Positions 36,021 through 46,333 of a stretch of 63,612 bases of DNA are shown here, one piece after another. Under the pieces are notes generated by a model. That model was not told the origin of the DNA. It ran no database searches and worked only from the letters and a program-made list of their open reading frames with translations. The stretch is from positions 1-63,612 of the forward strand of contig JBJFAY010000098.1 in assembly GCA_051888155.1 (NCBI GenBank), given 5' to 3'. Source of the DNA: Alphaproteobacteria bacterium. Its GTDB lineage: Bacteria > Pseudomonadota > Alphaproteobacteria > CAAGCB01 > CAG-977. The translations under genes were made by a program, and so were the position numbers. Within the stretch, counting starts at the first letter, position 1. Each line of letters opens with the position of its first letter.

Positions 36021-36986
36021 TTAACGCACCTTTCCGATCCTTGCCGCAATCACTGCCGCGTCAGGCTGCGGCCGGGAAAACTTTTCCGGATCGTTTTCAA
36101 TACTTTTCCGGGCGGCGGGCGCGCGAGTCAGTAAAGCGCTTATTTTTTCCGCCGATTCCTTATTGACCGCGACATAATGCCCGCTTTCCAAAACCTTCGG
36201 GTTTTCCGAGAAATAACAGCTGCCGTCGTTATTCAGACACAACTCTTTAACAATTTTTGCCGCCGGCTGAGAAACAGCATACGTGTCGGCCAGATGATCG
36301 CCGCGGTCTTCACGCCGTTGCATCATTTCAACCTGATACGCTTCGTCATAAGCTTTTTTGACCGGTTCATTGTCATACCAAGCCAGAAAAGCCGCCGTGC
36401 GCGCATGGCCGTTTTGCAAAGCGTTGTCTTCATATAAAGCGTATTCAAAAGCTTTTCCGATCGCGCGGTTGTCCGGCTGGCGGCAAAAAGCGAATAAAGG
36501 AGTCTCATTGCCTTTTTCCATCATTTCTCCCAGCGCCTGAACAGCCGTCGCCTGAGCGTCCGCTTCAACGGCGCGGGTACGCATAATGTTCGTTTTAACC
36601 GTTTCCCTGCGAGGCCGCTTATCATCGCTGGCGTCATATTCGCCGCGTTCAAATTGCCCGGCATGACGGCATTCATGAATCAAAACGCCGACCAAAACAT
36701 CGTCTTTGCTGACAGGATTTAAAATAATATTCTTATTTTCCTTATTGCACCCGCCGTTGCAGCCGAAAGCAAACTCCATACCCAGTTTATAACCGGCCTT
36801 GCTGGCGATTTCCAACGTCTGCCGGCCGGTTTCGGATTCGACAATCTGATTAATCATACCCGTAATGCGTTCTTGAACGGACTTGTCGCCGGCGATTTCA
36901 AACGGCGGCTGTAAATTTTGCTTTAAAGAAGCCTCTTTCTGTCCGGCGGGAACGGATTGTTCGAAATTTTGTTGTAAAACGGGCAT
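36021..36986 (-). CDS. HExxH-motif protein (putative zinc metallopeptidase-like), last gene of the MCE operon
   Basis: LIHECRHAGQ motif. Start at MPVLQQ (36986), sharing one nucleotide with the upstream stop codon (TAATG). Confidence 0.5.
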   Translation of the reverse strand: MPVLQQNFEQSVPAGQKEASLKQNLQPPFEIAGDKSVQERITGMINQIVESETGRQTLEIASKAGYKLGMEFAFGCNGGCNKENKNIILNPVSKDDVLVGVLIHECRHAGQFERGEYDASDDKRPRRETVKTNIMRTRAVEADAQATAVQALGEMMEKGNETPLFAFCRQPDNRAIGKAFEYALYEDNALQNGHARTAAFLAWYDNEPVKKAYDEAYQVEMMQRREDRGDHLADTYAVSQPAAKIVKELCLNNDGSCYFSENPKVLESGHYVAVNKESAEKISALLTRAPAARKSIENDPEKFSRPQPDAAVIAARIGKVR

Positions 36987-37585
36987 TATCTTTGACCTTT
37001 TTTCAAATTTTTCAACGCATAATCGGCTATGGTGTACCCCAGATCCTTTAACAACCGCTGTTCCGCCCGGACGACGCCGGCATACGTATCGTCCACGGGA
37101 GCAATCAAAGTAGAGCGCGTCCGGTAAATCATATTGCCTGAATTCGACATGATTGTCCACCAGGTATCCAATACGGCTTCTTTGTCAAAAGTCGCGTCAA
37201 ATCTTAAAACCTCGACGAACAGACGGTATGGAAACAAATCCCTGTTCAGATTGATCTGTTTGGCCGCCGGATATCCCATGCGTTCGGAAACGGCGCCGGC
37301 CAAAACGCGGGGGAAAACGTCGCTCAGCTGTTCCGCCCAACGGTTGAATTCGGAAGCCGTCAACGTCACCGAATCGGCCCGCCGGATCACAATCTGCGGC
37401 TTGTCCAGATAATTCGGAATAAAAACCGGTTCAATGCCGATTAAAATACGATCCGCATTTTTCAACGTTACGCTTTGTTCGGGCATAACGTTGCTGTCCA
37501 AAACATAAAATGTCGACGGACGAGAAAAACCGCACGCCCCCATAAAAACAGCGGCGGCAAAAATCAGACAAAAACGCTTTTTCAT
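36986..37585 (-). CDS. PqiC/DUF330-type ABC-transport auxiliary lipoprotein
   Basis: Lipobox FMGAC, about 200 aa, positioned after an MCE gene. Confidence 0.65.
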   Translation of the reverse strand: MKKRFCLIFAAAVFMGACGFSRPSTFYVLDSNVMPEQSVTLKNADRILIGIEPVFIPNYLDKPQIVIRRADSVTLTASEFNRWAEQLSDVFPRVLAGAVSERMGYPAAKQINLNRDLFPYRLFVEVLRFDATFDKEAVLDTWWTIMSNSGNMIYRTRSTLIAPVDDTYAGVVRAEQRLLKDLGYTIADYALKNLKKGQR

Positions 37586-38409
37586 CGGGATCCTCCTTTT
37601 CCTCTTAACAACGCTTCGGGGTGACGTTCCAGATAATCCGACCAGTTGCGCAAAGACTGCGCCGCCGCGCTGAAATTACGCAGCATTTTATTCAAATCCA
37701 GCATCGTCCTGGAATCTTCGTCAAAAGAATTTAACGCATTTTCCATTTTCTGAGCAACCTGAGATAAAGAACGAGTCAGCGTCGAAACGTCTTTCATAAC
37801 CGCCGGCGAATCGCTGTTAATCAGGCGGATCAGATCATTGGCTTCGCTCAGCAGGTTGTTCAAATTCGCCATTGTCTGACGCAGCGGCAGTTTTTGTAAA
37901 GTCTGCAACAATTCTTCGCTGGTTGACGGCAGAGTCGGAATTTCAATTATTTTCGGATTGTGTTTTTGTAAAATGACCGGCGTTCCGGGATAATAACTTA
38001 ATCCGATCATCATCTGCCCGGTCAGCAGACTCTGATTTTCCAGTTTTGCGCGTAGCCCCTTTGCAATCATTTTATCCGTAAATTCCTGAACATCTTCTTT
38101 GGAATGACCTCTGGAATTTAAAACGACAAAGCTATTTTCATTCGTTTCAATATAAACCGGAATCTGGACTTCCATCGTCTGAACGTCCGTCACCAGAGAA
38201 ATACCGATGACCCGTCCGATCGGAACGCCGTTAAACACGACGGGCGAACCGACGTTCAACCCTTTGATCGACCCTTGAAAATATAGAACATACTTAATCG
38301 AGCGCGAAAAAAACCTGTCCTGATTAATTAACAGAAACGTAGCGATAAAAATAAAAAAAGCCGCCAGTATAAAAATACCGATTAATTTTGGATTTGCTTT
38401 TTGAACCAT
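37582..38409 (-). CDS. MCE/MlaD family substrate-binding protein
   Basis: N-terminal TM segment, MCE domain (GLNVGSPVVFNGVPIGRV) and a C-terminal helical region. Confidence 0.8.
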   Translation of the reverse strand: MVQKANPKLIGIFILAAFFIFIATFLLINQDRFFSRSIKYVLYFQGSIKGLNVGSPVVFNGVPIGRVIGISLVTDVQTMEVQIPVYIETNENSFVVLNSRGHSKEDVQEFTDKMIAKGLRAKLENQSLLTGQMMIGLSYYPGTPVILQKHNPKIIEIPTLPSTSEELLQTLQKLPLRQTMANLNNLLSEANDLIRLINSDSPAVMKDVSTLTRSLSQVAQKMENALNSFDEDSRTMLDLNKMLRNFSAAAQSLRNWSDYLERHPEALLRGKGGSR

Positions 38410-38419
38410 CGTTTTTTCC

Positions 38420-39175
38420 TTATTTTTTCCCGCGTGTTAAAAAATGTTCAATCGTCTCGTTCGGCGGATTTTTCAACAGCTCGTTCGGATCGCCGTGAGC
38501 AATCGCCGTTTTCGTCCGCGCGTCCAGATAAATCGAATTTGTGCCGATTGCAAAAATGGAAGGCAGTTCGTGCGTAACCATGACAATCGTCGTATGCAGG
38601 TTTTCCTTGATCTGCAAAATCAGATCGTCAAGATTTTTGGAACTGATCGGATCCAGCCCGGCGGACGGTTCGTCAAAGAAAACGATTTGCGGATCCAGCG
38701 CCAACGCTCTGGCCAGACCCGCGCGTTTTTTCATACCGCCGCTGATTTCGGCAGGATAATAATCCTGAAAACCGCCCAACCCGACCAGATCAAGTTTCAA
38801 CGCAACGATATCCCGTATTTCCGCGGGCGTTAAGTCCGTATACTGTTCCAAAGGCAGAGCAATATTTTCCGCCAAAGTCATGGACGACCATAAAGCGCCG
38901 CTTTGATACAAAATTCCGGCTTTGCGCATCGCCGCGTCACGATCGGCTTTTGTGGCGTTTTCTCCCCAAAAGGGCTTTCCGGCAAACTTTTCCGAACCTT
39001 TTACCGGACGTTTCAACCCCGTCAGCACCGTCAGCAACGTGCTTTTGCCGCAGCCGCTGCCGCCCATGATAATAAAAACGTCCTCCGCATTGACCGTAAA
39101 ATTAACGTCATGCATGATAACGTTTTCACCGTAAGCCACTGTTAAATCTTTTATTTCCAGAAACGGTTCCGCCAT
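38420..39175 (-). CDS. MlaF-like ABC transporter ATP-binding protein
   Basis: GGSGCGKST, ISGGMKKR and FFDEPSAGLD motifs. Start at MAEPFLEIK (39175). Confidence 0.85.
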   Translation of the reverse strand: MAEPFLEIKDLTVAYGENVIMHDVNFTVNAEDVFIIMGGSGCGKSTLLTVLTGLKRPVKGSEKFAGKPFWGENATKADRDAAMRKAGILYQSGALWSSMTLAENIALPLEQYTDLTPAEIRDIVALKLDLVGLGGFQDYYPAEISGGMKKRAGLARALALDPQIVFFDEPSAGLDPISSKNLDDLILQIKENLHTTIVMVTHELPSIFAIGTNSIYLDARTKTAIAHGDPNELLKNPPNETIEHFLTRGKK

Positions 39176-39177
39176 GG

Positions 39178-40305
39178 CTATACTCCGAACACGCTGAAAA
39201 TAAAGGTCAGGATCGCCGTTGCGACGGTCATCCATACGATGGAATTTACGACGGCCGACGTGGTCGCATATCCGACGGCCGAAGCGTTCCGGCCGCAGTT
39301 AATTCCCTGATAACACCCGCACAAAGCGATAATCACGCCGTAAGCGGAACCGTGCACGATTCCGATAATAATATTTTTCATCGACAGCGCTTTCAACGTC
39401 ATGCGGAAATAATCTTCCGGCGACAGCCCCAACATAAAGATACCGACGAACGCCCCGCCCAAAATACCCATCAAATCGGCATAAACCGTTAAAAGCGGCA
39501 TCATTAAAGACAATGCCAGCACACGCGGCAGAACCAGAAAATCAAACGGAGAAATTCCCATTGTTTTTAGCGCGTCGACTTCTTCGTTGACCTGCATGGA
39601 TCCCAGCGTCGCCGCATACGACGCTCCGGTCCGCCCGGCCATAATCACGCCGCCCATAATCGCGCCCATGACGCGCGTAACGGCAATCGCAACCAGACTG
39701 GACACATAAATCTGCGCGCCGAACATTTTCAGCTGGATTGACCCGACAAACGCCAAGATCAGCCCGACCAGAAAACAAATTAAAGAAACAATCGGAAACG
39801 CTTTGGCGCCGGCTTCCTGAATTTCAGACAGAATATCCACTTTGCGCACAACGGCCCGTTTCAGCAGAAAACGGACGACAGAAGCATATGTCTGACGCGC
39901 GAACAAATAGGCCGCTTGCGTCGCTTCCCATGAACGCAAAGAAACATTTCCCAAAAAAACCAGAAAAGATTCTTTTTGATCAGTCTGTCCGGCTTGCGTA
40001 TATTCGGGTACGGCAAAAGCCAAAGCCAGCAGGGATTCAATGCCTTCCGGAAAATTTTCCAGCGTATAGGCGACCTTGTTTTTTTTGCATAAAGAAAGAA
40101 CATGAACCAAAAAGGCCACCAGCTGGCTGTCCCAGCGTGTAATCTCTTTGCCGTTCAAAACGACGCGCGCAAACCGGGGATCGGCAAATTCGCCGAAAAT
40201 GCCGTCACGGTTGTCAAGATGCGATTCAAGCAGCCATTCCCCCGATAAAACAAGTTCCGCGGAATTATTTTGTTCATCTTTTTTTAATACGGCGGCAGCA
40301 GACAT
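39178..40305 (-). CDS. MlaE-family permease with an N-terminal STAS-like extension
   Basis: C-terminal half has the MlaE TM pattern (MGISPFDFLVLPRVLA). An extra domain of about 120 aa sits at the N-terminus. Confidence 0.75.
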   Translation of the reverse strand: MSAAAVLKKDEQNNSAELVLSGEWLLESHLDNRDGIFGEFADPRFARVVLNGKEITRWDSQLVAFLVHVLSLCKKNKVAYTLENFPEGIESLLALAFAVPEYTQAGQTDQKESFLVFLGNVSLRSWEATQAAYLFARQTYASVVRFLLKRAVVRKVDILSEIQEAGAKAFPIVSLICFLVGLILAFVGSIQLKMFGAQIYVSSLVAIAVTRVMGAIMGGVIMAGRTGASYAATLGSMQVNEEVDALKTMGISPFDFLVLPRVLALSLMMPLLTVYADLMGILGGAFVGIFMLGLSPEDYFRMTLKALSMKNIIIGIVHGSAYGVIIALCGCYQGINCGRNASAVGYATTSAVVNSIVWMTVATAILTFIFSVFGV

Positions 40306-40312
40306 AAATTCT

Positions 40313-41245
40313 TTAATTCCCTTTAAATTGATCCGGCTGTCGGTCAGCCAGCGCCTGAAAATCCAGCGGCGTCAGTTCATATTGTAAAATCAGATGTTTA
40401 ATAATATCAGGATATTTAAATGTCTTGTAGGGAAAATTTATCAGCAAATGGGCTATAGAATATCCCCTCATCGGATTATTTGAACGCCGGTACTTTTCAC
40501 GGGCGATTCTGTAATTTTCAAAATATCCGTTTGTATTCAGATAATGAATCTGGCTGATCACCGCGTCATATAAGGAATTAAAGACCTTGATTCTGTACTG
40601 CGGTCCTTCTTTTTGCGCTTCGTCGGGAACAGCGCCGCGGCCGTCCCAGTCGCGCTGATTGAAAACCGCGTTATATTCCCGGGCGTATCTGCCGGTGCCA
40701 AAACCGGAATCCTGCGCCGCCATTGTCAAAAGCAGCGTCGGCGTTACGCCGTCAACCCGCGGAATCAAAGAATTAAATAACGTATCCAAATCATCGGACG
40801 GCTTGACGTCATACCGTTTGACCCATTCTCTCAATTCGTCCATGGACTGCGCCGACAAATCTCCGGTATCGTCAAATTCCCGCTTTAAACGCATCAGCCG
40901 TTCCCGTTCGGCGGCCAGCGTTTCATTGGCTTTTAAAACAACGGGCAGCATCATTTCATAAAACAGAGCCGGGCGGACTTCATCGTATTTTTCCCGATTA
41001 AAATCTTCAGGCACAGATTGAACAAACAACCTCGGCACAGGTTTGTTTTCTTTCAGATGATGAATCATATCGTAATCGTATTCCCGGAAAATCCGCTGCA
41101 GCTGAGCCGTCTTAACGGGTGGAATAAAAACTCCGTCCGCCGTTTTTTTTACTGCGGGCATATCGTCGCCAAAAAAATGCAGCGCCGCCGCAACCGCTCC
41201 GATTATAAAAACCGCACAAACAAGATAAAAAAGCTTTTTATTCAT
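40313..41245 (-). CDS. Bax-like glucosaminidase-domain protein
   Basis: N-terminal TM segment. The pattern LLLTMAAQDSGFGTGRYAREYNAVFNQ...YLNTNGYFENYR parallels E. coli Bax. Confidence 0.65.
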   Translation of the reverse strand: MNKKLFYLVCAVFIIGAVAAALHFFGDDMPAVKKTADGVFIPPVKTAQLQRIFREYDYDMIHHLKENKPVPRLFVQSVPEDFNREKYDEVRPALFYEMMLPVVLKANETLAAERERLMRLKREFDDTGDLSAQSMDELREWVKRYDVKPSDDLDTLFNSLIPRVDGVTPTLLLTMAAQDSGFGTGRYAREYNAVFNQRDWDGRGAVPDEAQKEGPQYRIKVFNSLYDAVISQIHYLNTNGYFENYRIAREKYRRSNNPMRGYSIAHLLINFPYKTFKYPDIIKHLILQYELTPLDFQALADRQPDQFKGN

Positions 41246-42332
41246 TTTCCGCCTGCCGGATAATCTGCGTCATTTCCGTTAAATCCATTGCCGCCTGCGC
41301 CAAATAAAATCCCAGCCCCAGCAAATGATTGGGGGCGAACTGCGTTTCCGCCGCGCCGTTGACGACGATCATCGGCTGCAGCAATACGGCTTGTTTCAAA
41401 GACGATACGGCTTTTTCCCATTTATTTTTCAAAACCTCATCTGAAAACGCTTCTTTAAAGTCCGTCTTCAGATCGCGCGTGATCAGAAAATAAACATAAG
41501 ACCGGCCTTTAATATTATAAAAGACATTATCGGCCTGCGTATCCAAAATTTGTTTTTCTCCTGCGGCGACCTGACGGTTGATTTCGCCGATACATTCTTT
41601 CAGATTATCCGCCAAATCGCCGGCGATTGTTTTCAAAGCGTCCGCCGATGCGTTAAAAGTCTGCCGTCCTTCTTTTACTTCCGATTCATATTCCAGGATC
41701 AAGTGTCTGGCGGTTCTGTATTTTTTCACCGAAGAAACGGCGGGTTTCCATGCGTCGATGTGCCATACGGACGCCGGATACGCCAGCCGTTCCGCCGCGT
41801 TTTTCAAAGATTCCGCCTGCGGATTGACGCGGGCGAAGACAGCCGCCGTTTTTTGCGCGCCGTCAATAATACCCGTTTGAAAAGCCGGCATATTGTCCAA
41901 AAGAGCCGCCGGAAAAAAGAACGGCAGATTCGGTGTAAAAGCATGTTTATCAACCTCACGCCCGATCAATTCGGCCAGAGTATTTAAGGATTGAATCTGC
42001 TTATCTTTGACTTCGCCGGCGCCGAAACGGGGGTTAAGGTCGATCCGGTGGTACAGCAGAGCGCCCGCGGGATAATACAAAATGACAAAAGCGAAAATGC
42101 CACCCAAAGCCCAATGCCACCATTTCATGACAAAAGAAACGATTTTTTCTTTGGCCGGCGGAGTAAAATCGACGCCGGATTTTAAAAACAATTTTACTTT
42201 TTCCCACAAAATTGCAAAAGCGTCCGTTATATTTTTAAAAAAGGCCGGCGTTTGTTTTTGCTTTGCCCGATCGGCTGTTTTTTGGAAAAAATCCTTTGCG
42301 AACCGTACGGTTTTATCCAGCTTTTCTTTCAT
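41238..42332 (-). CDS. Membrane-anchored hypothetical protein (possibly DUF2333-like), first gene of the operon
   Basis: One TM segment (WWHWALGGIFAFVILYY). Overlaps the next gene by 8 nt. Confidence 0.45.
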   Translation of the reverse strand: MKEKLDKTVRFAKDFFQKTADRAKQKQTPAFFKNITDAFAILWEKVKLFLKSGVDFTPPAKEKIVSFVMKWWHWALGGIFAFVILYYPAGALLYHRIDLNPRFGAGEVKDKQIQSLNTLAELIGREVDKHAFTPNLPFFFPAALLDNMPAFQTGIIDGAQKTAAVFARVNPQAESLKNAAERLAYPASVWHIDAWKPAVSSVKKYRTARHLILEYESEVKEGRQTFNASADALKTIAGDLADNLKECIGEINRQVAAGEKQILDTQADNVFYNIKGRSYVYFLITRDLKTDFKEAFSDEVLKNKWEKAVSSLKQAVLLQPMIVVNGAAETQFAPNHLLGLGFYLAQAAMDLTEMTQIIRQAENE

Positions 42333-42443
42333 TTTCCCGCCCCGTTTAACAATAAGACTGTCTTCTTATCATACGCATCGGCTGGTAAAATGCCACTGAA
42401 TTTATATAAGAAAAAATTTTTTTGGCAAAATAGCGCTTCGGCG

Positions 42444-42474
42444 CTTGCGAAAAGAAAACAGGTTTCTTATATAA
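42444..42474 (+). promoter_or_regulatory. Candidate RpoH (sigma-32)-type promoter for dnaKJ
   Basis: CTTG (42444-42447), N18, CTTATATAA (42466-42474). This resembles the alphaproteobacterial CTTG-N17/18-CYTATNT consensus. Confidence 0.45.
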
Positions 42475-42528
42475 AGCTGCGATAGTTGCCGAACTCGGTT
42501 AAATTTACAAGGAAAAGAGGTTTTTTTT

Positions 42529-44445
42529 ATGGGAAAAGTAATCGGTATTGACTTAGGAACAACAAATTCCTGTTTTGCTATTATGGACGGCAAAGACGCC
42601 CGCGTTATTGAAAACGCGGAAGGCGCGCGCACAACGCCGTCAATGGTCGCTTTTACGCAAGGGGGGGAAAGACTGGTCGGACAAGCTGCAAAACGTCAGG
42701 CCGTCACAAATCCGGAAGGCACCTTTTTCGCGATCAAACGTTTAATCGGCCGCCGCTTTACGGACAAGCAGGTTGAAAAAGCCAAAACGCTGGTGCCGTA
42801 TCATATCATTGCCGGCGAAAACGGCGACGCCTGGGTTGAAGCGCACGATAAAAAATACGCTCCCAGCCAGGTATCCGCTTTTATTTTGCAGAAGTTAAAG
42901 GAAGACGCCGAAGCTTATCTGGGCGAACCGGTGACGCAGGCCGTCATTACGGTTCCCGCTTACTTTGACGACTCTCAGCGTCAGGCAACCAAAGACGCCG
43001 GCAAAATCGCCGGATTGGAAGTCCTGCGTATCATCAACGAACCGACGGCGGCGGCTTTGGCTTACGGGTTGGATAAAAAAGCCAGCGGCACGATTGTCGT
43101 TTACGACCTGGGTGGCGGAACCTTCGACGTTTCCATTTTGGAAATCGGCGACGGCGTTTTTGAAGTCAAGGCGACAAACGGCGATACGTTCCTGGGCGGC
43201 GAAGATTTCGACGCGCGCATCATTAACTATCTGGCCGACGAATTTCAAAAAGAACAGGGCATCGACCTGCGTCAGGACAAACTGGCTTTGCAGCGTTTGA
43301 AAGAAGGCGCCGAAAAAGCCAAAATCGAATTGTCTTCGGCTCAGCAGACCGAAATTAACCTGCCGTTTATCACGGCGGATGCGTCCGGTCCGAAACATTT
43401 AAACATCAAACTGACGCGCGCAAAAATGGAATCTTTGGTCGAAGACCTGCTGGAACGCACGAAACTGCCGTGTGAAAAGGCTTTGAAAGACGCGGGTTTA
43501 AAGGCTTCCGACATTGATGAAGTCATCTTGGTCGGCGGTATGACCCGTATGCCCAAAGTACAGGAAATCGTCAAAGACTTTTTCGGCCGCGAACCGCACA
43601 AAGGCGTAAACCCGGACGAAGTCGTCGCTTTGGGCGCGGCGATTCAGGGCGGCGTGTTAAAAGGCGACGTTAAAGACGTTCTTTTGTTGGACGTTACGCC
43701 GCTGTCTTTGGGAATTGAAACGCTGGGCGGCGTGTTTACGCGCTTAATCGACCGCAACACGACGATTCCGACGCGCAAATCTCAGGTGTTTTCAACGGCG
43801 GAAGACGGCCAGACGGCCGTGACGATCCGCGTATTCCAGGGCGAACGCGAAATGACGGCGGACAACAAACTGCTGGCGCAGTTTGATCTGGTCGGCATAC
43901 CGGCCGCGCCGCGCGGCATGCCGCAGATCGAAGTCACGTTTGACATCGACGCCAACGGTATTGTCAACGTATCCGCAAAAGACAAGGCGACCGGCAAAGA
44001 ACAGACCGTCCGCGTTCAGTCTTCCGGCGGATTGAGCGAAGCCGATATTGACAAAATGGTCAAAGACGCCGAAGCGCACGCTTCCGAAGACAAAAAGAAA
44101 AAAGAAGCCGTCGAAGCCAGAAACAAAGCCGAAAGCCTGATCCACGCCACGGAAAAGAACTTAAAAGACCTGGGCGACAAAGTTTCCGCGGCCGACAAAG
44201 AAAAAGTCGAAGCCGACATCAAGGCGCTGCAGGACGTTTTGGAATCCGGCGACGTAGCGACGATTAACGCGAAGTCCGAAGCTTTAATGCAGTCTTCGAT
44301 GAAAATCGGCGAAGCTTTGTACAAAGCGCAGCAGGAAACGACTTCCGCAGGCGCCCAGCCCGGCGCGGACGCTTCCGCTTCCGCGGAATCCAAACCTGAC
44401 GAAGGCGTTGTTGATGCTGATTTCGAAGAAGTCAAAAAAGACTAA
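42529..44445 (+). CDS. dnaK: Chaperone DnaK (Hsp70)
   Basis: [14 protein letters not shown]..., DLGGGTFD and the rest of the protein are full-length collinear with DnaK. Confidence 0.98.
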   Translation: MGKVIGIDLGTTNSCFAIMDGKDARVIENAEGARTTPSMVAFTQGGERLVGQAAKRQAVTNPEGTFFAIKRLIGRRFTDKQVEKAKTLVPYHIIAGENGDAWVEAHDKKYAPSQVSAFILQKLKEDAEAYLGEPVTQAVITVPAYFDDSQRQATKDAGKIAGLEVLRIINEPTAAALAYGLDKKASGTIVVYDLGGGTFDVSILEIGDGVFEVKATNGDTFLGGEDFDARIINYLADEFQKEQGIDLRQDKLALQRLKEGAEKAKIELSSAQQTEINLPFITADASGPKHLNIKLTRAKMESLVEDLLERTKLPCEKALKDAGLKASDIDEVILVGGMTRMPKVQEIVKDFFGREPHKGVNPDEVVALGAAIQGGVLKGDVKDVLLLDVTPLSLGIETLGGVFTRLIDRNTTIPTRKSQVFSTAEDGQTAVTIRVFQGEREMTADNKLLAQFDLVGIPAAPRGMPQIEVTFDIDANGIVNVSAKDKATGKEQTVRVQSSGGLSEADIDKMVKDAEAHASEDKKKKEAVEARNKAESLIHATEKNLKDLGDKVSAADKEKVEADIKALQDVLESGDVATINAKSEALMQSSMKIGEALYKAQQETTSAGAQPGADASASAESKPDEGVVDADFEEVKKD

Positions 44446-44527
44446 CGCTTGCTAATTAATAGCCGTTCGGGGTACAAATAAGTCCTCCGAACGGTTTTTC
44501 CGTACCTGATATAAGGTTGATAACGAT

Positions 44528-45673
44528 ATGGCTAAACAAGATTACTATGAACTTTTGGGGATAAGCAAAGACGCTTCCGACGTGGAAATTAAAAAAGCTT
44601 ACCGGTCTATGGCGATGAAATATCACCCGGACCGCAACCCCGGCAATAAAGAAGCGGAAATAAAATTCAAGGAAGTCACGGAAGCTTATGAAATCTTGAA
44701 AGACGGCCAGAAACGCGCCGCGTACGACCGTTACGGCCATGCCGCTTTCGCTCAGGGCGCCGGCGCCGGATTCGGCGGCGGTTTCGGCGGATTCAACTTT
44801 GATTTCAGCGGCGCAGGTTTCGGCAATATTTTCGAAGATATCTTCAGCGAATTTATGGGCGGCGCCGCCGGCCGTTCCCGTTCGTCCCAATACGCCGGAC
44901 GACGCGGAGCCGATATCCGCTATGATCTGGAAGTCACGCTGGAAGAAGCTTATCACGGCCTGAAAAAAGAAATCGAAATCCAAACGGCCGTGCGCTGCGA
45001 CGAATGCGACGGAACGGGCGCGGCGGCAGGATCAAAGGCCGAAACATGCGATATGTGCCACGGCACCGGCCGCGTGCGCCGGCAGTCCGGCTTTTTTATC
45101 GAAGAAAGAATGTGTCCGGCCTGTCAGGGAACGGGACAGGTGATTAAGAATCCTTGTAAAAAATGCAAGGGAACAGGAAAGGTTTCTCAAAAGAAAGTTC
45201 TGGAAGTCAACATTCCGGCCGGCATTGATTCCGAAAACAGAATGCGCCTGTCCGGTCAGGGCGAAGCCGGTTTGAACGGCGGCCCGAACGGCGATCTGTA
45301 TATTTTCGTTCATGTCAAACCGCACCCGATTTTTAAACGCGACGGAGCGGATCTGCATTGTGAAATCCCCTTATCCATGACAACGGCGGCCTTAGGGGGG
45401 AACATTGAAATTCCCTGCATTGACGGATCGACGGAAAAGGTCACGATCAGCGCTGGCACGCAAACCGGCGAAGAAGTCCGGCTGCGTAAAAAGGGCATGT
45501 CGATTTTGCAAAACAAGAACGTCGGGGATTTGTTTGTGCGGTTCAAGGTGGAAACGCCGACCAAACTGACGGCCAGACAAAAAGAACTGCTCCAGCAGTT
45601 TGAAGCCGAAAGCAAAGGGAACAGTCCCGAATCAGCCGGTTTTTTTGAAAAGCTTAAAGATTTGCTGAAATAA
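44528..45673 (+). CDS. dnaJ: Co-chaperone DnaJ
   Basis: J domain (YHPDRNPG), G/F region and four CxxCxGxG zinc-finger repeats. Confidence 0.97.
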   Translation: MAKQDYYELLGISKDASDVEIKKAYRSMAMKYHPDRNPGNKEAEIKFKEVTEAYEILKDGQKRAAYDRYGHAAFAQGAGAGFGGGFGGFNFDFSGAGFGNIFEDIFSEFMGGAAGRSRSSQYAGRRGADIRYDLEVTLEEAYHGLKKEIEIQTAVRCDECDGTGAAAGSKAETCDMCHGTGRVRRQSGFFIEERMCPACQGTGQVIKNPCKKCKGTGKVSQKKVLEVNIPAGIDSENRMRLSGQGEAGLNGGPNGDLYIFVHVKPHPIFKRDGADLHCEIPLSMTTAALGGNIEIPCIDGSTEKVTISAGTQTGEEVRLRKKGMSILQNKNVGDLFVRFKVETPTKLTARQKELLQQFEAESKGNSPESAGFFEKLKDLLK

Positions 45674-45678
45674 AGCGC

Positions 45679-45963
45679 TTAAGACAACCGGTTAAGCCAA
45701 AATTCCAAATGTAAGAAAAAGAACAGCGCATAGTAAAACAGCGCTGTTTTTTTCATGTTTTTACAGTACAGGCAATATCCCGCCGCGCCGGAACCGGCGG
45801 CGATTGCCGCGCAAAACGACATCAGACAGGCAAAAACGGTTGAAAAAACTGTTATTTCTTCCCGCCATAACAGATAAAGGGCGAAAGACAGGAAAAAAAA
45901 CGCAGAAACAAAAAGATACAGAAAAAACGCATATTTCAGAAACAACCGAATATTTTTCTTCAT
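45679..45963 (-). CDS. Small 3-TM membrane protein (candidate immunity-like), paralogue of 45960..46304
   Basis: MKKNIRLF..., three hydrophobic helices and a basic loop YCKNMKK. ATGA overlap with the upstream gene. Confidence 0.55.
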   Translation of the reverse strand: MKKNIRLFLKYAFFLYLFVSAFFFLSFALYLLWREEITVFSTVFACLMSFCAAIAAGSGAAGYCLYCKNMKKTALFYYALFFFLHLEFWLNRLS

Positions 45964-46304
45964 CTTTTCTCCTGTTTTTCCATTACGGCAGAAACGCCGT
46001 TGTCATTCCAATCCGCGTATAAAGACCCCATTCCCCAGAAACAAAGCTGCATAAAAAAGAACCATGCAAAAAAAACGGCCGCCGCTTTTTTCTGCTTTTT
46101 CAAATAAAGAACGCACGCGGTCATTCCGGCAGCGGCAGGAAGAGCAAAGAATGAAAAAACAAATATTAACAACCGCGATACGCCGGTTTCCCAAATAAAG
46201 AAAGCGATCAAAAATACCGACGTCAAAGTTGTTAAAGCCAGATACGGCAAAAACAAAGCGGCGAATAAAACGGCCGGAATTTTCTTTAATTTTGTTTTAA
46301 TCAT
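45960..46304 (-). CDS. Small 3-TM membrane protein (candidate immunity-like)
   Basis: MIKTKLKK..., three helices and a basic loop YLKKQKK. Confidence 0.55.
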   Translation of the reverse strand: MIKTKLKKIPAVLFAALFLPYLALTTLTSVFLIAFFIWETGVSRLLIFVFSFFALPAAAGMTACVLYLKKQKKAAAVFFAWFFFMQLCFWGMGSLYADWNDNGVSAVMEKQEKR

Positions 46305-46333
46305 AAAAGATCTCTTTTCTTCTTTTTGAGATT

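Noticed and set aside
44456-44983. 175-codon minus-strand ORF
   Set aside because: It overlaps the dnaJ J-domain and G/F region on the opposite strand and has no ribosome-binding site or motif.
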